A stretch of DNA of 63,245 bases, filler included, from Reticulomyxa filosa (taxonomy: Eukaryota > Protista > Foraminifera): NCBI GenBank assembly GCA_000512085.1. It is 16 parts of 16 records of this genome, joined end to end, with 100 filler letters (N's around TTAATTAATTAA, not from the genome) between each part and the next. Parts side by side here need not be neighbours in the genome. Positions count along the whole stretch, not along the records: positions 46,174 to 56,752 come from ASPP01026614.1; positions 56,853 to 61,628 come from ASPP01003744.1; 14 more parts are not named here. The stretch is one strand, 5' to 3'. Below are positions 49,201 through 61,728 of the stretch, one piece after another. Below the pieces are notes generated by a model. The model was not told where the DNA came from, did not search any database, and worked only from the letters and a program-made list of their open reading frames with translations. The translations under genes and the position numbers were made by a program. Each line of letters begins with the position of its first letter. The stretch's first letter is position 1.

Positions 49201-51619
49201 GTAATGGTTTGCATTTCGCTAGCCAGCTTTTTAAAGAAATGCAACAACTCCTTAAGCAGATACTGCTTGGACTCGGACGACTTCAAATGATTGGATAAAA
49301 AGACAGACCGTGTGAAATGCTTTTCAAAGCGTCCATTTGCAGACTTTTGGTTTCGTTGAAATAGTCGTGATACGATTGCAGCAGCAATTGCACAATTTCG
49401 GTGACGATAAACCTGTCCTGCTGTTTGACGGCGATTTCGATGAGGAAAGGGAGAATGACGTGCAGCTTCTTGGAGAGCTTGCTCTTGATACCGCTCGTTA
49501 GAAACTGCTGCGTGACCAGACGATGGTCCACCTTCACCATCATTTGTCCGTAGATCTTCAATGCCTTTGTCATGTTGTTCTCTTCCACTTTCGACTCGTA
49601 GTCGTTGAAGTTGTTCTCCAACTCATTGAACACCGTTCGAGTGTTCGTAAAGTCGTACCATTGCTTCTGCGAATGCGTCAATATCCCGGAGGAGAATGAG
49701 CCAATACCCACTATTCCACTATCCCTTTCTACTTCTATTTCCATTTCCACTTCCATTTCTTTTTCTTTGGTTTCTTTCTCTTCTTTGTCTTTTCTTTGTC
49801 TTTTCTTTGTCTTTTCTTTTCTTTTTCTTTTCTTTTTCTTTTTCTTTTCTTTTTCTTTTTCCTTTTCTTTTTCATTTTCCTTGGCATTATCGTCATTGTT
49901 GTTATTGTTTTCTTTGACGTCAGTGTCAACAGGAATATCCTTGTTATTTTCACTATCTCGATCTCCAAGCGTCGAAAACTTTTGCTTCAATGCGGTGCTT
50001 TGATAGAGCTCCAATTCGCAACGACAAACTGCCGACAGCGTGTCCATGAGTCGCTCATTGATATCGTCGATCAAATGGCTATTGCGATCTCTCTCTCTGC
50101 GTTCGAATGTGAGTCTTTGTTGCAAGTACATTGAGATGTCGGACAAGTACAGTGGAGATCGCTCTGCCATCTGTTCCAGCACGTTGCAGCAGGCATCGAT
50201 CAATATCGTGTGATCTCTGGTCCGATAGTTGTGACTCTTTAACGGCACATTCGAACGTGCCGCGTTAGTACCAGCTGTCGTCGTCGTTGTTGCATTAGCA
50301 TTAGCATTAGCATTTGCATTTGCATTTGCATTTGCATTTGCATTTGTATTGGCATTCGTGATTGCATTGGTCGATTGATTTAATTGATTCGCAGCAGTGA
50401 CAACAGGCACTACAGTGATAGCAGCTCCCGAGACATATTTGGAAATGTGAAAGTCTAAAATGCGTTTGATGATTTGCAGCAGCTGCTTTCGCAAGGACTT
50501 TTCATAAATGGCACACAGCGTGGCCAAGCGAATGTGCTGTTCACGGACCTCTGGCAAAGCAGGGGATCTGCCCACCTCGATGATCTTCAATGAATTGCGA
50601 AACATGTCTTTCAATTGCTGTGGACGATACATATGTGCGGGTGGCTTGTCGATTTTGCCGGGCTCACGGACAAAGTGTGCCAATCCACTGCAAATGACTC
50701 CAGTGCTCAATGTCTCCCACTCTGACCTCCATACCGAAGCCATGCTCTTCACTTTCGATAACGTTTCGACAATCTTTTGAATGCTCTTGCCGACTTGGTG
50801 TCCATGTCGAAGGCACGATTTTCTTTCACTGCACTCAAAATACCCCACACGATAGGGATCACTTTGATTTGGTAGTACAACTCTTCACGGTTGTGCTCCG
50901 ACTCGTTCAATCCGACTCCTACTCCGACTCCGACTCCTCCCACTCCTCCTCCGACTCCTCCGACTCCGACTCCTCCTCCACCTCCGGCTCCTCCAATGAT
51001 TTTAATGTACTCTTTCACAATTATCACTATCGCTTGGCGGATGATCGGCGCTATGTCGGGCAATGCGAATGATATGTCTCCAATTCGATACATTAACTGC
51101 TTCACAAACTCACACAACGGACTTCGCAATGGGTTGTCCATGTACTTCAACTCCTCCACTGAGTCCCATTCTTTTTCTGTTTCCTTCACTTTTTGATTGG
51201 GTGTGGTGGGATTGGGGTTGCTTCCCACCGGCAACACTCCCATCTCAATGTTGTTTGCTGACTCATCCAATTTTTTTCTTCTTTTTCTTTTTCTTCTTCG
51301 TCGTTATCATTGGCTTCCATCTCCGCTTCTGCTTCATCTTCCTCTTCCTTTTTTTCATTTGCATTCTTTTCATCTGCTGCTGCTACTGCTGCTTCTTCTT
51401 TATTACCGTTATCATTATCATTATCATTATCTTTTGCTTTTTTCTCTTCTTCCTTATCCTTTCCTGTTTCCACTACATCCTTTTTTTCTTTTTCTCTTTG
51501 TTCTTCTTATTCTTCTTCTTTTCTTTTTCTTCTTCAGCCTCCTCTTTCCCTTTTGCTTGTTCTGTCTTAGCTTTATCAATCCCTTCTTTGTTGGCATTGG
51601 CATCTTGTGTTGCCAACAG

Positions 51620-51651
<32 letters not shown>

Positions 51652-52331
51652 GAGGTCGTAATGAGTCCTGACGTTTGTCATACTTCTCTTCTTGCTGTTC
51701 TTTTTTGTCTTCCGCTATTAGACCTGCTTTTTCGGACAGCATTTTATCTTCGTTGTCATCTTCTTCAATGGGTTCCTTTTTGCCATCTTGTCCTTGATTT
51801 TGTTCATTTTGTTGCTTGTTGTTGTTGATCGGGTTGGTCGACAGCCTCTTTCTTCTCACTGTTTTGTGACTCTTCTTGATCTTCTTGCGCATTTGTCTCG
51901 TCTTTGTTCTTTCGACGAGATGACAACACGCGACGGAAGTAATGATGTGGCCAGCGCGCCAGATGCAACGTGGCCAGGTAACGCAAAAGCAGTGGCAACA
52001 ACTTTTCCACGTATGCGCCTCGTGACTCATTTAGACTCAGATACTCACATACTAACAGTATTGCTTCTTGTGAAAAGTCGTCAAAGTGGTAGATCGATTC
52101 ACTGTCCACGTCCAGTAGTCTCACCGACTCGGGCACTACTGGGTCGAATTTCATGCTCTTGTGCTGCAAGCATGCCTGCACTTTTGTCAACACTTGCTGT
52201 CGCTTTAATCCTCGGAACTGACATTGTGGACATAAACGAAGCAGCCTTTGTAATTTATTCCAAGTCGCGTCATTTGGAGAACCATCACCACTTGGACACT
52301 TGGCCAAACATTTCACAAATGCTGGGTTCAT
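46174..52331 (-). CDS. PI4KA: Phosphatidylinositol 4-kinase III alpha (PI4KA/Stt4), N-terminal solenoid. The kinase domain lies beyond the gap and ~5 frameshifts are present.
   Basis: WNKLQRLLRLCP, LLPLLLRYL, YEVERLRV, HVEFLL..AKEYLQQLIDRYPYLQW..VVLDLM, LLHLLCMVP..MEVATLVWRWL..AWTYLIEHRKGLF and HQIWVSFF align to PI4KA. Confidence 0.85.
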
Positions 52332-52638
52332 TTGTGATCTTCATTCAAAGGGGACTTACCTTTATTTAACTGTTAATCTTCAAAAAAACTCTGTCAAACA
52401 CAATATGTAAGTTTCACTTTTGCATATTTATGTTAAATAATTACTTCTTTCGTAAATTTTTTATCCACTTTTCAACATCAATTTTTTTTTTGCCTAGCCC
52501 CTCTTCACTTGTAAACGAAAAAGACAGGCACGTTTGAAGCTTAGGACACATTGTTTTGTAAATTTTATGCGCTGTATCTTTATTTGGTAGTAAATAATTT
52601 ATCTCAATTGTCTAACCAAGAGATTTGAACAGTGAAAA

Positions 52639-53609
52639 ATGTTCGGGTCTGCAGTGATAAAGTTGCTCACGGTCATCAGAGTGTGCAGTTTACTATTAGA
52701 GGACATTCTGTCGATATATTATCAAGGCAAAGGAGATCATCAAATTTTTTGGATCATGTATGGCTTTGGTGTAGCGGCTGGTGTGGCTGAGGCGTTGTCT
52801 ATGCTTCACTTTTGTTTAGAAATATTTGGAGCAATTGCTCTTGAAGTATCACAAGCCGTGCTGTTCATGTGGGCATGTAACTGGTCCAAGGAATCGATTC
52901 TCATTTTTGCTATTATTGGCAGTGTTCAACTTGGTTTGTTTGTTTTTTTTTACAGTTTGTTTTGTAATGTATTCAGAAAAACGTATACTTATATTCTTCG
53001 CGTATCTGCGCATGCATGTCCGCCATTAGAGCGAAGCTAAAGGGGAAAAAAAAGGGGGGGGGACTAACATTTAATGTACTTTAAAAAAAAAAACAACGAC
53101 CCTTTGTAATATATTTGTGCACAGCACTTCAATGTATTGAATCATGGTACGAAAAATTGCACGAAAAAGAAGAATCAAGTGAAGAAGAGGATGTAGCGAA
53201 ATATGCTCAAATGTGCACAAAATGCTGTTTTCCAGCGCTAATAGGAATTGGTATATTGCCGTATTTGTATTTCAGCAATGACACATTTTTCCGGGCAAGA
53301 TGGTTCGATATATGCATAGCGGTGAGCTTATGGCTGTCTGGGATTCAGTTGGATATCCAGCGTAGAACGATGGGAGGAAAAAAAGATGTCCCTTGGTACT
53401 ATTCAATCCCCTTAATTTTTAGCTATCTTTGGGCAATTGCCTTTGGCCTGCTCACTTACATACTATGCATTGACTTTGTTAAAAATCGAAAGTGGTCCAA
53501 CAATTTCGAAAAAGGCTACACCATTTTCATCGTTTCCGCGTACAGCTTTGGCGTTTGCTGTGGTTGTTGTCAAGTGTGCATGCAATCTGTTGCTAAGGCT
53601 GCACAGTGA
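52639..53609 (+). CDS. Hypothetical multi-pass membrane protein (one intron)
   Basis: Two hydrophobic ORFs separated by a homopolymer-rich intron, with a Cys-rich tail VCCGCCQVC. Confidence 0.55.
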
Positions 53610-55608
53610 GAGGAAATACGTTTCACAATAAGACTTTAAAGAAAATTAGAAAATTTGTTTGTGTATAAACTTTTGATGTTTCGCACTTTTTTGGATGATT
53701 TGAAGCAAAAACAACTCTGATATGTTTTCCCAATCTAATTTCAGCGAAAATTCGTTGCAATTTATTTATCGGACATTTTGACATATACACGTATCAAAAA
53801 TCATTAAATGCTAGTTCCAATTAAATAAGAGAAAAAAAAAAACAAACCACAATCACTTAAACGAAATTTGTATATAAACTTACATAGCCAATTGATGACG
53901 GCACGCACAATTGCGCTCTAAAATTTGATAATTAATGCATCTTCTGATCATGAACATACCACACGCGACGATACCTTCATATCCGTTGAATGTACATATT
54001 TTATAACTTAATCTTGTATCCTATAAACAAATAGTCTTATCAATGGTCCAGATATTATTGTATTTTGTATACTACATACTTAACTGTGTTAATCCTACGT
54101 TTATGCTAACTAAGCACATTTATACTTTTATTTGATTTAATATCACATATACGTATTGTTTTATCTTTCGATCAGTTAAAAATTAAATCAAATTACATTA
54201 TTCTTTGCATTATTGAACAAGCTAAAGACTGGACACTATATATGTGACCTTTCACGACGTATATTAATTTATATGTTTTGACATGCATAAACGAATTTAA
54301 GATCATCTATGAAATTACGTAAGCAAATTGATTTACCATTTGACTAATAGCAAATCAAAATTTGCTTTTTTTTATAATGAAAATTTTGCACATTTATATT
54401 AATTTCATCATCGAATGATTTTATAATTTTTTTTCAACTGATATTTAAAATGTAAGTTTTTTTCCACTAGCAACATACATAATACAGTAGTAGAAAAAAG
54501 AAAGTTGACACATAAAATGACACCTTATATATATTATTTTGTTTCTAAATGAAAAAACAACACTTAATCAAAATTTTTTTAAAAATATATTTATAGTTTT
54601 TAAATATCATTTTGGTTTTTTATTAAGTCTTTATAATTTTTTCAAAAATTTTAATCTTTCATTTGATTTGGTAAAATTCTTTAAACAATTTTTGATATTT
54701 TTCTTTTTTTTTTTAGGTTTTCGATATTGATTTTTGTCTTTTGATTATTTTGTTACCGATATATTGATTGACAACCATTATATGAAAATTCCATAACAAG
54801 AATATCAAAATTTGGTGGTTGAAGCATTTTATTCTGGTCATGTTTTGGATCATTATGAACAGGTTACGCTTGCAAGGTGGAAGGTGGAGTAAATAATGAT
54901 ATTATAAAGAAATATTGTGAATCTTCATTGAAGACTAGATAAATAATTTGGTAAAAAAAATTTTATCAGACAGCAATGCTTAATTCAAATTTTTTCTTTG
55001 TTTTTCTTTTTTTGTATGAGAAATACAATTATTTAGTATTGTTTTTTCTAAAAGGCAATGTGTAGATATTATAGCAAAGACTCGTTTTCACTTTGAAACA
55101 GTACATTTGAAAAAGATGATGCAAAACCAAATGAAGAAGCACATTTGAAGACGTATGATAAAATTACGTCATCAAGTTCAAAAGATTTGTTTTTTGTGAT
55201 TGTTATGAAGAAACAAAAAAAGCAAATTGTGTACATTGGTTTGTCAGTTCACATGAAGGTAAATGAAAAGTTTCAAAACAAACATTCAAAAAATACACCA
55301 AAAGCAATAAAATACAGACTTTCAAAAAAAAAAAAAAGCAAAGCGATCAAAAAGACGAAAACGAAGTAACTTAAAATTACATGACTTTGTCAGAATTTTC
55401 TGGTGGAAAAAAAGGAGGAGGGAGCAAGCAATCAAAAGGGATGAAGAAAAACAATGAGAAATGCTTGAACAACACGTTATTTTCAACTATATTACTTGCC
55501 ACGCCAACAAACAAACAAAACCAAAAAAAAAAGGAGAAAAAAAAAGGAGTGAGTGTCATAGTCAGTACTATACAATAACGACAGCAACAATAACAAAAAA
55601 ACTCTAAC

Positions 55609-56009
55609 TCAGTCAGTTTTTTCGTCTAAAACATATTGTACTTCCGTGTCGACTTCATCCATAACTTTTTCTTGAAGTTTTCGTTTGACTTGCTCCCTGG
55701 CTTCAGAGGCGAGTTTGTCATCGATGTATTTATTTTCCAATTCGTCTTCCTTATTTTTGACCATCCAATGAACGAGCGTGTGTTTTTTTTTGATAATTTT
55801 GGACATGTCTTCCTTGTTTTTGCGTTTGCTCTTTGTTTTGGAAAGCTTTCTGGTGGACTCGCCTTTGGAAGAGGGGCGAATGACTCCAGATTCATACGTT
55901 TCCTGCTCGACACTTTCTCCAGCGACCACTTCCATGCCAACATTATTAGTCTTGCGTCGAAGTGCTTGTAAGGCGGGTGGAGGCACGGATTCATCATTGG
56001 CAGTGCCAT

Positions 56010-56046
<37 letters not shown>

Positions 56047-56705
56047 TGCTGCCGCGACGATGGCAGGCTGCAGATTGTGTTGCAAAGCAACAAACTGTTG
56101 AGTGAACTGTGGGATGAACTGTTGGTTATTTAAAAACAGAGTCAGTTCATCTTTGCGTGCACGAATGGCATAGAGTTTGAGTTGGAAGTTGGCAAAGTTT
56201 TCGACGAGCGTCATAAACTGTTCCTGAACGTTTCTGATTTTCTCGGTGAGATCGTCGTCGATGATGGATGGGGCATTACTGACGCTCGTTTCGAGCAATC
56301 CCGATTGGGCCAATAGCATGTTCTCTTGCTTCTCTCGTCGGTCCTCCAGTTTGAACAGTTCATTCAATCTCGCCAAAATGTCTTTCTCAAAGCCCTTTTC
56401 TTCTTTCTCCAATTTATCGATGCGAGCATCCAAATTTCCCACGGTCTTACGCGCCACGTCGGCCGACGGTATTCGCGAGCACAAAAGTTGCAAGTTTGTG
56501 TACAAGTGTGCCAATCGACGCACCCAGTCATCTCTCGCCTCTGTTGTTTTAAACGCGAATACCAATGACTCAAACTCCGTGTTTATCACCAGCTTCCAAG
56601 CAAACGTCTCCTCGTGATGCACAATCGTGCGTCCGACCCCATTGAAGTCGGCATCTCCAGTCACTGCGCTGAGATCTTTCACCGTCGCTGTACGTTTGAA
56701 TACAT
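55609..56705 (-). CDS. C-terminal part of a PH-domain plus coiled-coil protein
   Basis: FAWKLVI..SLVFAFKTTEARDDWVRRL is a PH C-terminal strand and helix, followed by heptad repeats. Confidence 0.65.
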
Positions 56706-56852
56706 TCTTTTGTTCATCACTATTGTTATTATTATTATTATTATTATTATTANNNNNNNNNNNNNNNNNNNNNNNNNNNNNNNNNNNNNNNNNNNNTTAA
56801 TTAATTAANNNNNNNNNNNNNNNNNNNNNNNNNNNNNNNNNNNNNNNNNNNN

Positions 56853-56883
<31 letters not shown>

Positions 56884-56924
56884 GTATATATAAAGAAGAG
56901 CCATGTAAATGCAAAGCAAATGTA

Positions 56925-57713
56925 CCGTTCATGTGCCAATTTGGCAATCAAAGGTAGAAACGCACTCATATCAAAGGCTTTGTCCTCCTTCTGTTCAACA
57001 TGTTGTCGTATCTTCTCTCGAAACTGCTTCAGGTCTTCTTGCGTTTGGCTGTGAGACAGTAACATCTCGGTATCCAAACATTGAGGAAACTGATTGCACA
57101 ACTCGATTATTTTCTTGCATAGCTTTGTGTATTCACTTTGCCACTATATTTTTTTTTTTTTTTTTTTTTCTTTTTTTTTCTCTTTCATCCGAGTTACAAT
57201 TGCTTACTAAGCAAAATAAAAAATAAAAATACAAGACTAAAAATAACCTTCTCTGGAATTTCAACCAACTCTTTTTGTGGTTTACATGAAGTCATTGTGT
57301 TGGTATTAGCACTGGTTGTTGCAATTGTGGTAGTTGTAACACTTGTAGTAGTAATCACATTGGTATCGGCATTGTCGTCCTCTTGTTGCGTTTTTTGTTT
57401 TTTCTTCTTCTTTGACGGAGTTGCTCCGTGTTCACTTTTTCTTTTGCTTTTCTTCTTCTTCTTTTTCTTCTCTTTTTTTCCTACTTTTTCGTCCACTTTT
57501 TCTATTATCGTCACATCGTTGTCTGTTTGATCTCCCGCCTGATCTTCCTCCACTGTTGACAACAACGAGACTGCCACTGTTTTGTCTGTTTCTGGAGAAT
57601 CTACAAGGTCCTTTTTTTGTCAGTGTTTTTAGCACAGCCGGACTTGAACGTAATAATTCTGCAAGAAAAAATAAATAAATAAAAATGAATAGACAAACAA
57701 TTGGTTCTGTCAT
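56925..57713 (-). CDS. Hypothetical Lys-rich (NLS-like) protein, 5' part
   Basis: Several coding-like exons with a poly-Lys tract. No family recognised. Confidence 0.45.
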
Positions 57714-58751
57714 TTTCGCTGATGAAATCGACTTTACTCCTGATATATATAATGTTGTTTTTACTTAGAAATAGTTTTGTCTACAACAAAGTTTCCTTTG
57801 TACAGCAAAGCAAGGAAAAATACTGCTTTGCATGAGCCAGAACAACGTTTGTTGTAGTTTTTCTTAATCTTTGGCCAAAAGATCACAAAAAAGACATTTA
57901 TTGAACATATGCTATAGACTATTGGATTACACAAGGATACACAATGTGCATGAGAAACATGATTATCAATCAAGATACAATTTTTAAAGATCCGTTGCGT
58001 GTTACTCCCAACAAAGCATAAATGGAAATGAACACCTTTTTTACTTCTTCACGTGTTTTCTCTTCTTGTTATTGTTTTGTTGTTTCATTTCTTTGAATTA
58101 ACTATTTGTTTCTACTTTGTTGAATTACTCAAAGTCACTCTTTTCGTATTATACTTTGTGTAAGTCTTCGGTAAGCGTAGTCCCTCAAATCAGCAATGTT
58201 AGTATTACGTGCTTGATTTTCTGACTACTTTTACAAATGACAAAATTTAAAAAAAAAAATATTATAGCATTGTGTTGATGTTATCATCACATTACATAAT
58301 TTTTTTTTTCACTATAATGATGATTAGACAATTGTATTTTTGAAATTACAATTTTCAACTTTATTTTAAAAAATAACATTGAACAAAGATAAAAAAATTT
58401 TGATATTACATATTTAAATAGAATATTTTAAAAATATTTTAAAAATATTTTTAAAATATATAATTTATAATCATAATTTAATAATAAACTAAATTTTAAA
58501 TAAAAAAAAATGTTATAAAAATTAGAAAATATATTTAATAATTTTAAAATATAATTTTTGATAAGCAACATGAGTTCTTAAAAGCTGAAAATGACTTTAA
58601 AAAAACATAATAAGAATTAAAATTTATTAATATTTTCATAAATTATTCAAAAATGTTAATAAATTATTTAGGTATTTATATAACATTTTTCACATAAAAT
58701 TCATACTATCAATTAATGTCTATATAATTATAGTATGAAAAATTCGAACTA

Positions 58752-58785
58752 AGCACTAAGTGTAATACGAAAGTTTACTTTTTAT
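58752..58785 (-). mobile_element. Possible third, very decayed end of the LTR-like repeat
   Basis: The minus strand reads AAGTAAACTTTCGTATTACACTTAGTGC, versus AAGTAAACATCTCTCGTATTACAGTTAGTGC in copy 1. Confidence 0.4.
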
Positions 58786-59204
58786 GAAAATATCATTAAA
58801 AAAGAAATTAAATTTAATACATACAATAAAGTCGAAAAGTAAATATGTACATTTCATTGAAAAATAGTTATAACTTTACAAACTGAACTTTGCTTAAAGT
58901 TAGTATTTCATATTAATTCATTTGATTAATATACAATTTTTTAATTTCATGGCGCTTTGTCATATAGATTTTATTTTCAATTAGTGATGTTGGAACATTT
59001 TCTTTCTTTTTAAAAAATTTATTTTACAACAGATGCGTTAATGCAAAGATGATATCAAGAAATATTATTTGTTAGAATTTGGTGGAAAAAAGAAACATGA
59101 ATATTTTTATAATTCCTAGGGCCAAAAGAACTCAATGTTTTAATTTTGTCATCAAAAACAAAACAAAACATAACGCAAATGCAAGACAAGCTGAACACAT
59201 GATA

Positions 59205-60248
59205 TCATTTTTTCCGTTGTTGAGAAGAATGTGAACGGTTGATAAGAAACTCTTGGATCATGGATCGTAGTCCATGATTGGGAAAAAGCTGAACAGTGAT
59301 GAGCCGTTGATTGGTCATGGGTGAAGTATTGTTTTTGATCAACCAATTTTCAATGGCCTCCCTTTCATAGCAAAATCCATCACTGCAAATGACCGGTTCT
59401 TTCATAATATCATGAGTAATTGGACATAAAAACTCCTCTGGGACTTTAGACTTTGAAGGTGAGTCATCGTCTTTATGATCATCATCATCATCATCATTAT
59501 CATCATCATGCTCTTCTTCTTCAGTACCCTCCTCCTTTTCTTGTTTGGCTTTGTCTACGCTTGCCTTTTTTGCAAGCTTGGGTTGTTCTTTCTTTCCGTC
59601 GTTTTTATCTCTTTCTTCCTCTGTCTTTTTCTTATCCACTTGACTGTGGAATTTGCGATCCTGATGTTTTGCCGATTGCTTTGCCCTACCTGACATTGAA
59701 TTCGAAGACGCATCATCACTTGGAATTGCAATAGCCAGCTGTTTTTCGTTATCGCTTGTTTCATCGTGTTCAACATCGGACTGAGAAGATGGCTATATAT
59801 GCACAAATACATGCATATAAACATATATGTTGTACGTATAGACTTTGTTAAGTATCCCTTTTGTCATAAACATTGAAGACATGGGACTAACAATAAAGGA
59901 TCGCTTCGACTGTTTTTTTTTGCGAAGTTGGTCAATGTGATACATAATCACACGGCGATCTTTGTTGTCACGAATACCGCACATTTTCAAAACGGTGTTG
60001 TTGATGCTATCCAGCAATGGTTCATCAGGACCAGAATCGCTCCAATTGTTATCCCACTCATCGTCATTGTCATTGTCATTGTCATTGTCGTCATTGTCAT
60101 TGTCATTGTCATCGTCGTCGTCCTCGTCTCGATTCTCTCCGTATTCATTGTCATCGTTGTCAATCTCCTCTTCTTTTTCCTCTTCGTTTTTTCTTTGTGC
60201 TTTTGTCACTTGCGCGGAAGACAACGGCGCCATGATCCGCTCACGCTT

Positions 60249-60280
<32 letters not shown>

Positions 60281-61546
60281 CATCGCCTTTGTAATCGTCG
60301 TCTGTATTCATATCATAATCATTGTTATTGGATCGAGCCATTTGTTCCTGGTCGTTTGCAGAAGATTTGTAAGTGTTGTTGACAAACGTCGCAAGCGAAG
60401 GTCGTGGTGTGCGCATGGACGCATCTTCTGCGGACGCTGTCTGAGGATTGGCGGAATAAGAGAGATTAAGACTGGCACTGCTTGCGTTTGCGAATAAAAA
60501 GTCGGACGAGTCGCAATCCAACGCAATTTCAGTGTCAATGGTGTCCAAAATATCATCCAAAATTTGCTGAGTTGTTTGAATTTCATTTTGGTTTCCCGTT
60601 GAATCTAAGATGCTAGCTTTGTCCGTGGTTGATTCTGCAGTTACCTTTACCGAAGAATTGACAGGAGTCGAGCACAATGAAGGGTCTATCATTGGACTTT
60701 CAGTCTTATTTTTGGTCAAAGACACGGGTGGAGATATCGTATCCTGTTCCAAATTAAATTCCAAGTCTTCGTCATTGACATACCACTCGTCATCAATCGC
60801 ATTTTCGGATCCTGTTTTCGTCGCGCTAGTTTGTGACGTAGCAATCACTTTCAAGGAATTTGCTTCGGCCTTTTCTTCATTGTGGTTCGGCTAAAGCATT
60901 TACAAATATATATATAATTTGAGTAAAGACAAAGATAAAGACAAAGACAAAGATAAGAGATACAAACAAACAAACAAACAAACAAACAAACAAACAAACA
61001 AACAAATAAATAAATTAAATAAATAAACAACCTCCATGCCCACATGGGTCGACTCCAGGGTTTTGTGTGAAGAACTCGTGTTGACATTCCTTCGGAAATA
61101 AGTGGCTTTGGAGGAGTTGTCGGAAGCAGTCGTCGTCGTGTGAAGTACGTTGGACGACAAAGACCTTTGAGGAATTGGATTCGCGTTTTGAGGAAATTGG
61201 GACTTCTTCTGTTTCTTTTTGAAAGTAATGTGTTGCTGTGTCACATTTTTTTTGTTGGACGGAAGAGGACCATTGGGATCTTGCCGATCTTTTTCTTGCA
61301 AATTCCTAAGTTTGAAAAGACCCTCCTTGTACTTGTGAAAACGACCACTCTTGTCTAACATGCAAATCCACGCCACCACATCGTCCAAGTTCCACAAGTG
61401 CCAAGACGCTTCCAAGTTCTGTTTCTTTTGCGCGTACTCTTGCTGCAATTCGCGATTATACACCAAAGGCTGTTTCATTGCCCGACTTTTCAATTGATCA
61501 ATGTTTTCTGATGCCTTTTTTAACAATAAGAATGCTTTCTTTTGTT
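59205..61546 (-). CDS. SAM plus U-box E3 ligase, 5' partial (introns ~61031-60891 and ~59843-59793)
   Basis: U-box VPEEFLCPITHDIMKEPVICSDGFCYEREAIENWL..TSPMTN..PNHGLR. SAM halves WNLDDVVAWI and LKMCGIRDNKDRRVIMYHIDQL. Confidence 0.85.
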
Positions 61547-61728
61547 CTGCGTTATGTTTCCAAACAAACAAACAAACAAAATCCAACAACGATATTCAAA
61601 GTCCAATTTGTTTGTATTTTTTTTTTTTNNNNNNNNNNNNNNNNNNNNNNNNNNNNNNNNNNNNNNNNNNNNTTAATTAATTAANNNNNNNNNNNNNNNN
61701 NNNNNNNNNNNNNNNNNNNNNNNNNNNN

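Noticed and set aside
46174-52331. Programmed frameshifting in PI4KA (also IleRS and the RS-rich gene)
   Set aside because: The shifts I could locate fall at homopolymer runs (for example ~49295 and ~50825) in essential genes, typical of pyrosequencing errors.
57055-57085. CLDTEML resembling DEDDh exonuclease motif I
   Set aside because: The surrounding residues do not fit and no further exonuclease motifs are visible.
2068-61728. Palindromic TTAATTAATTAA recurring 15 times
   Set aside because: It is always centred in N-runs of identical length, so it is an artificial six-frame-stop linker. ORF tails ending in X..LIN are artefacts.
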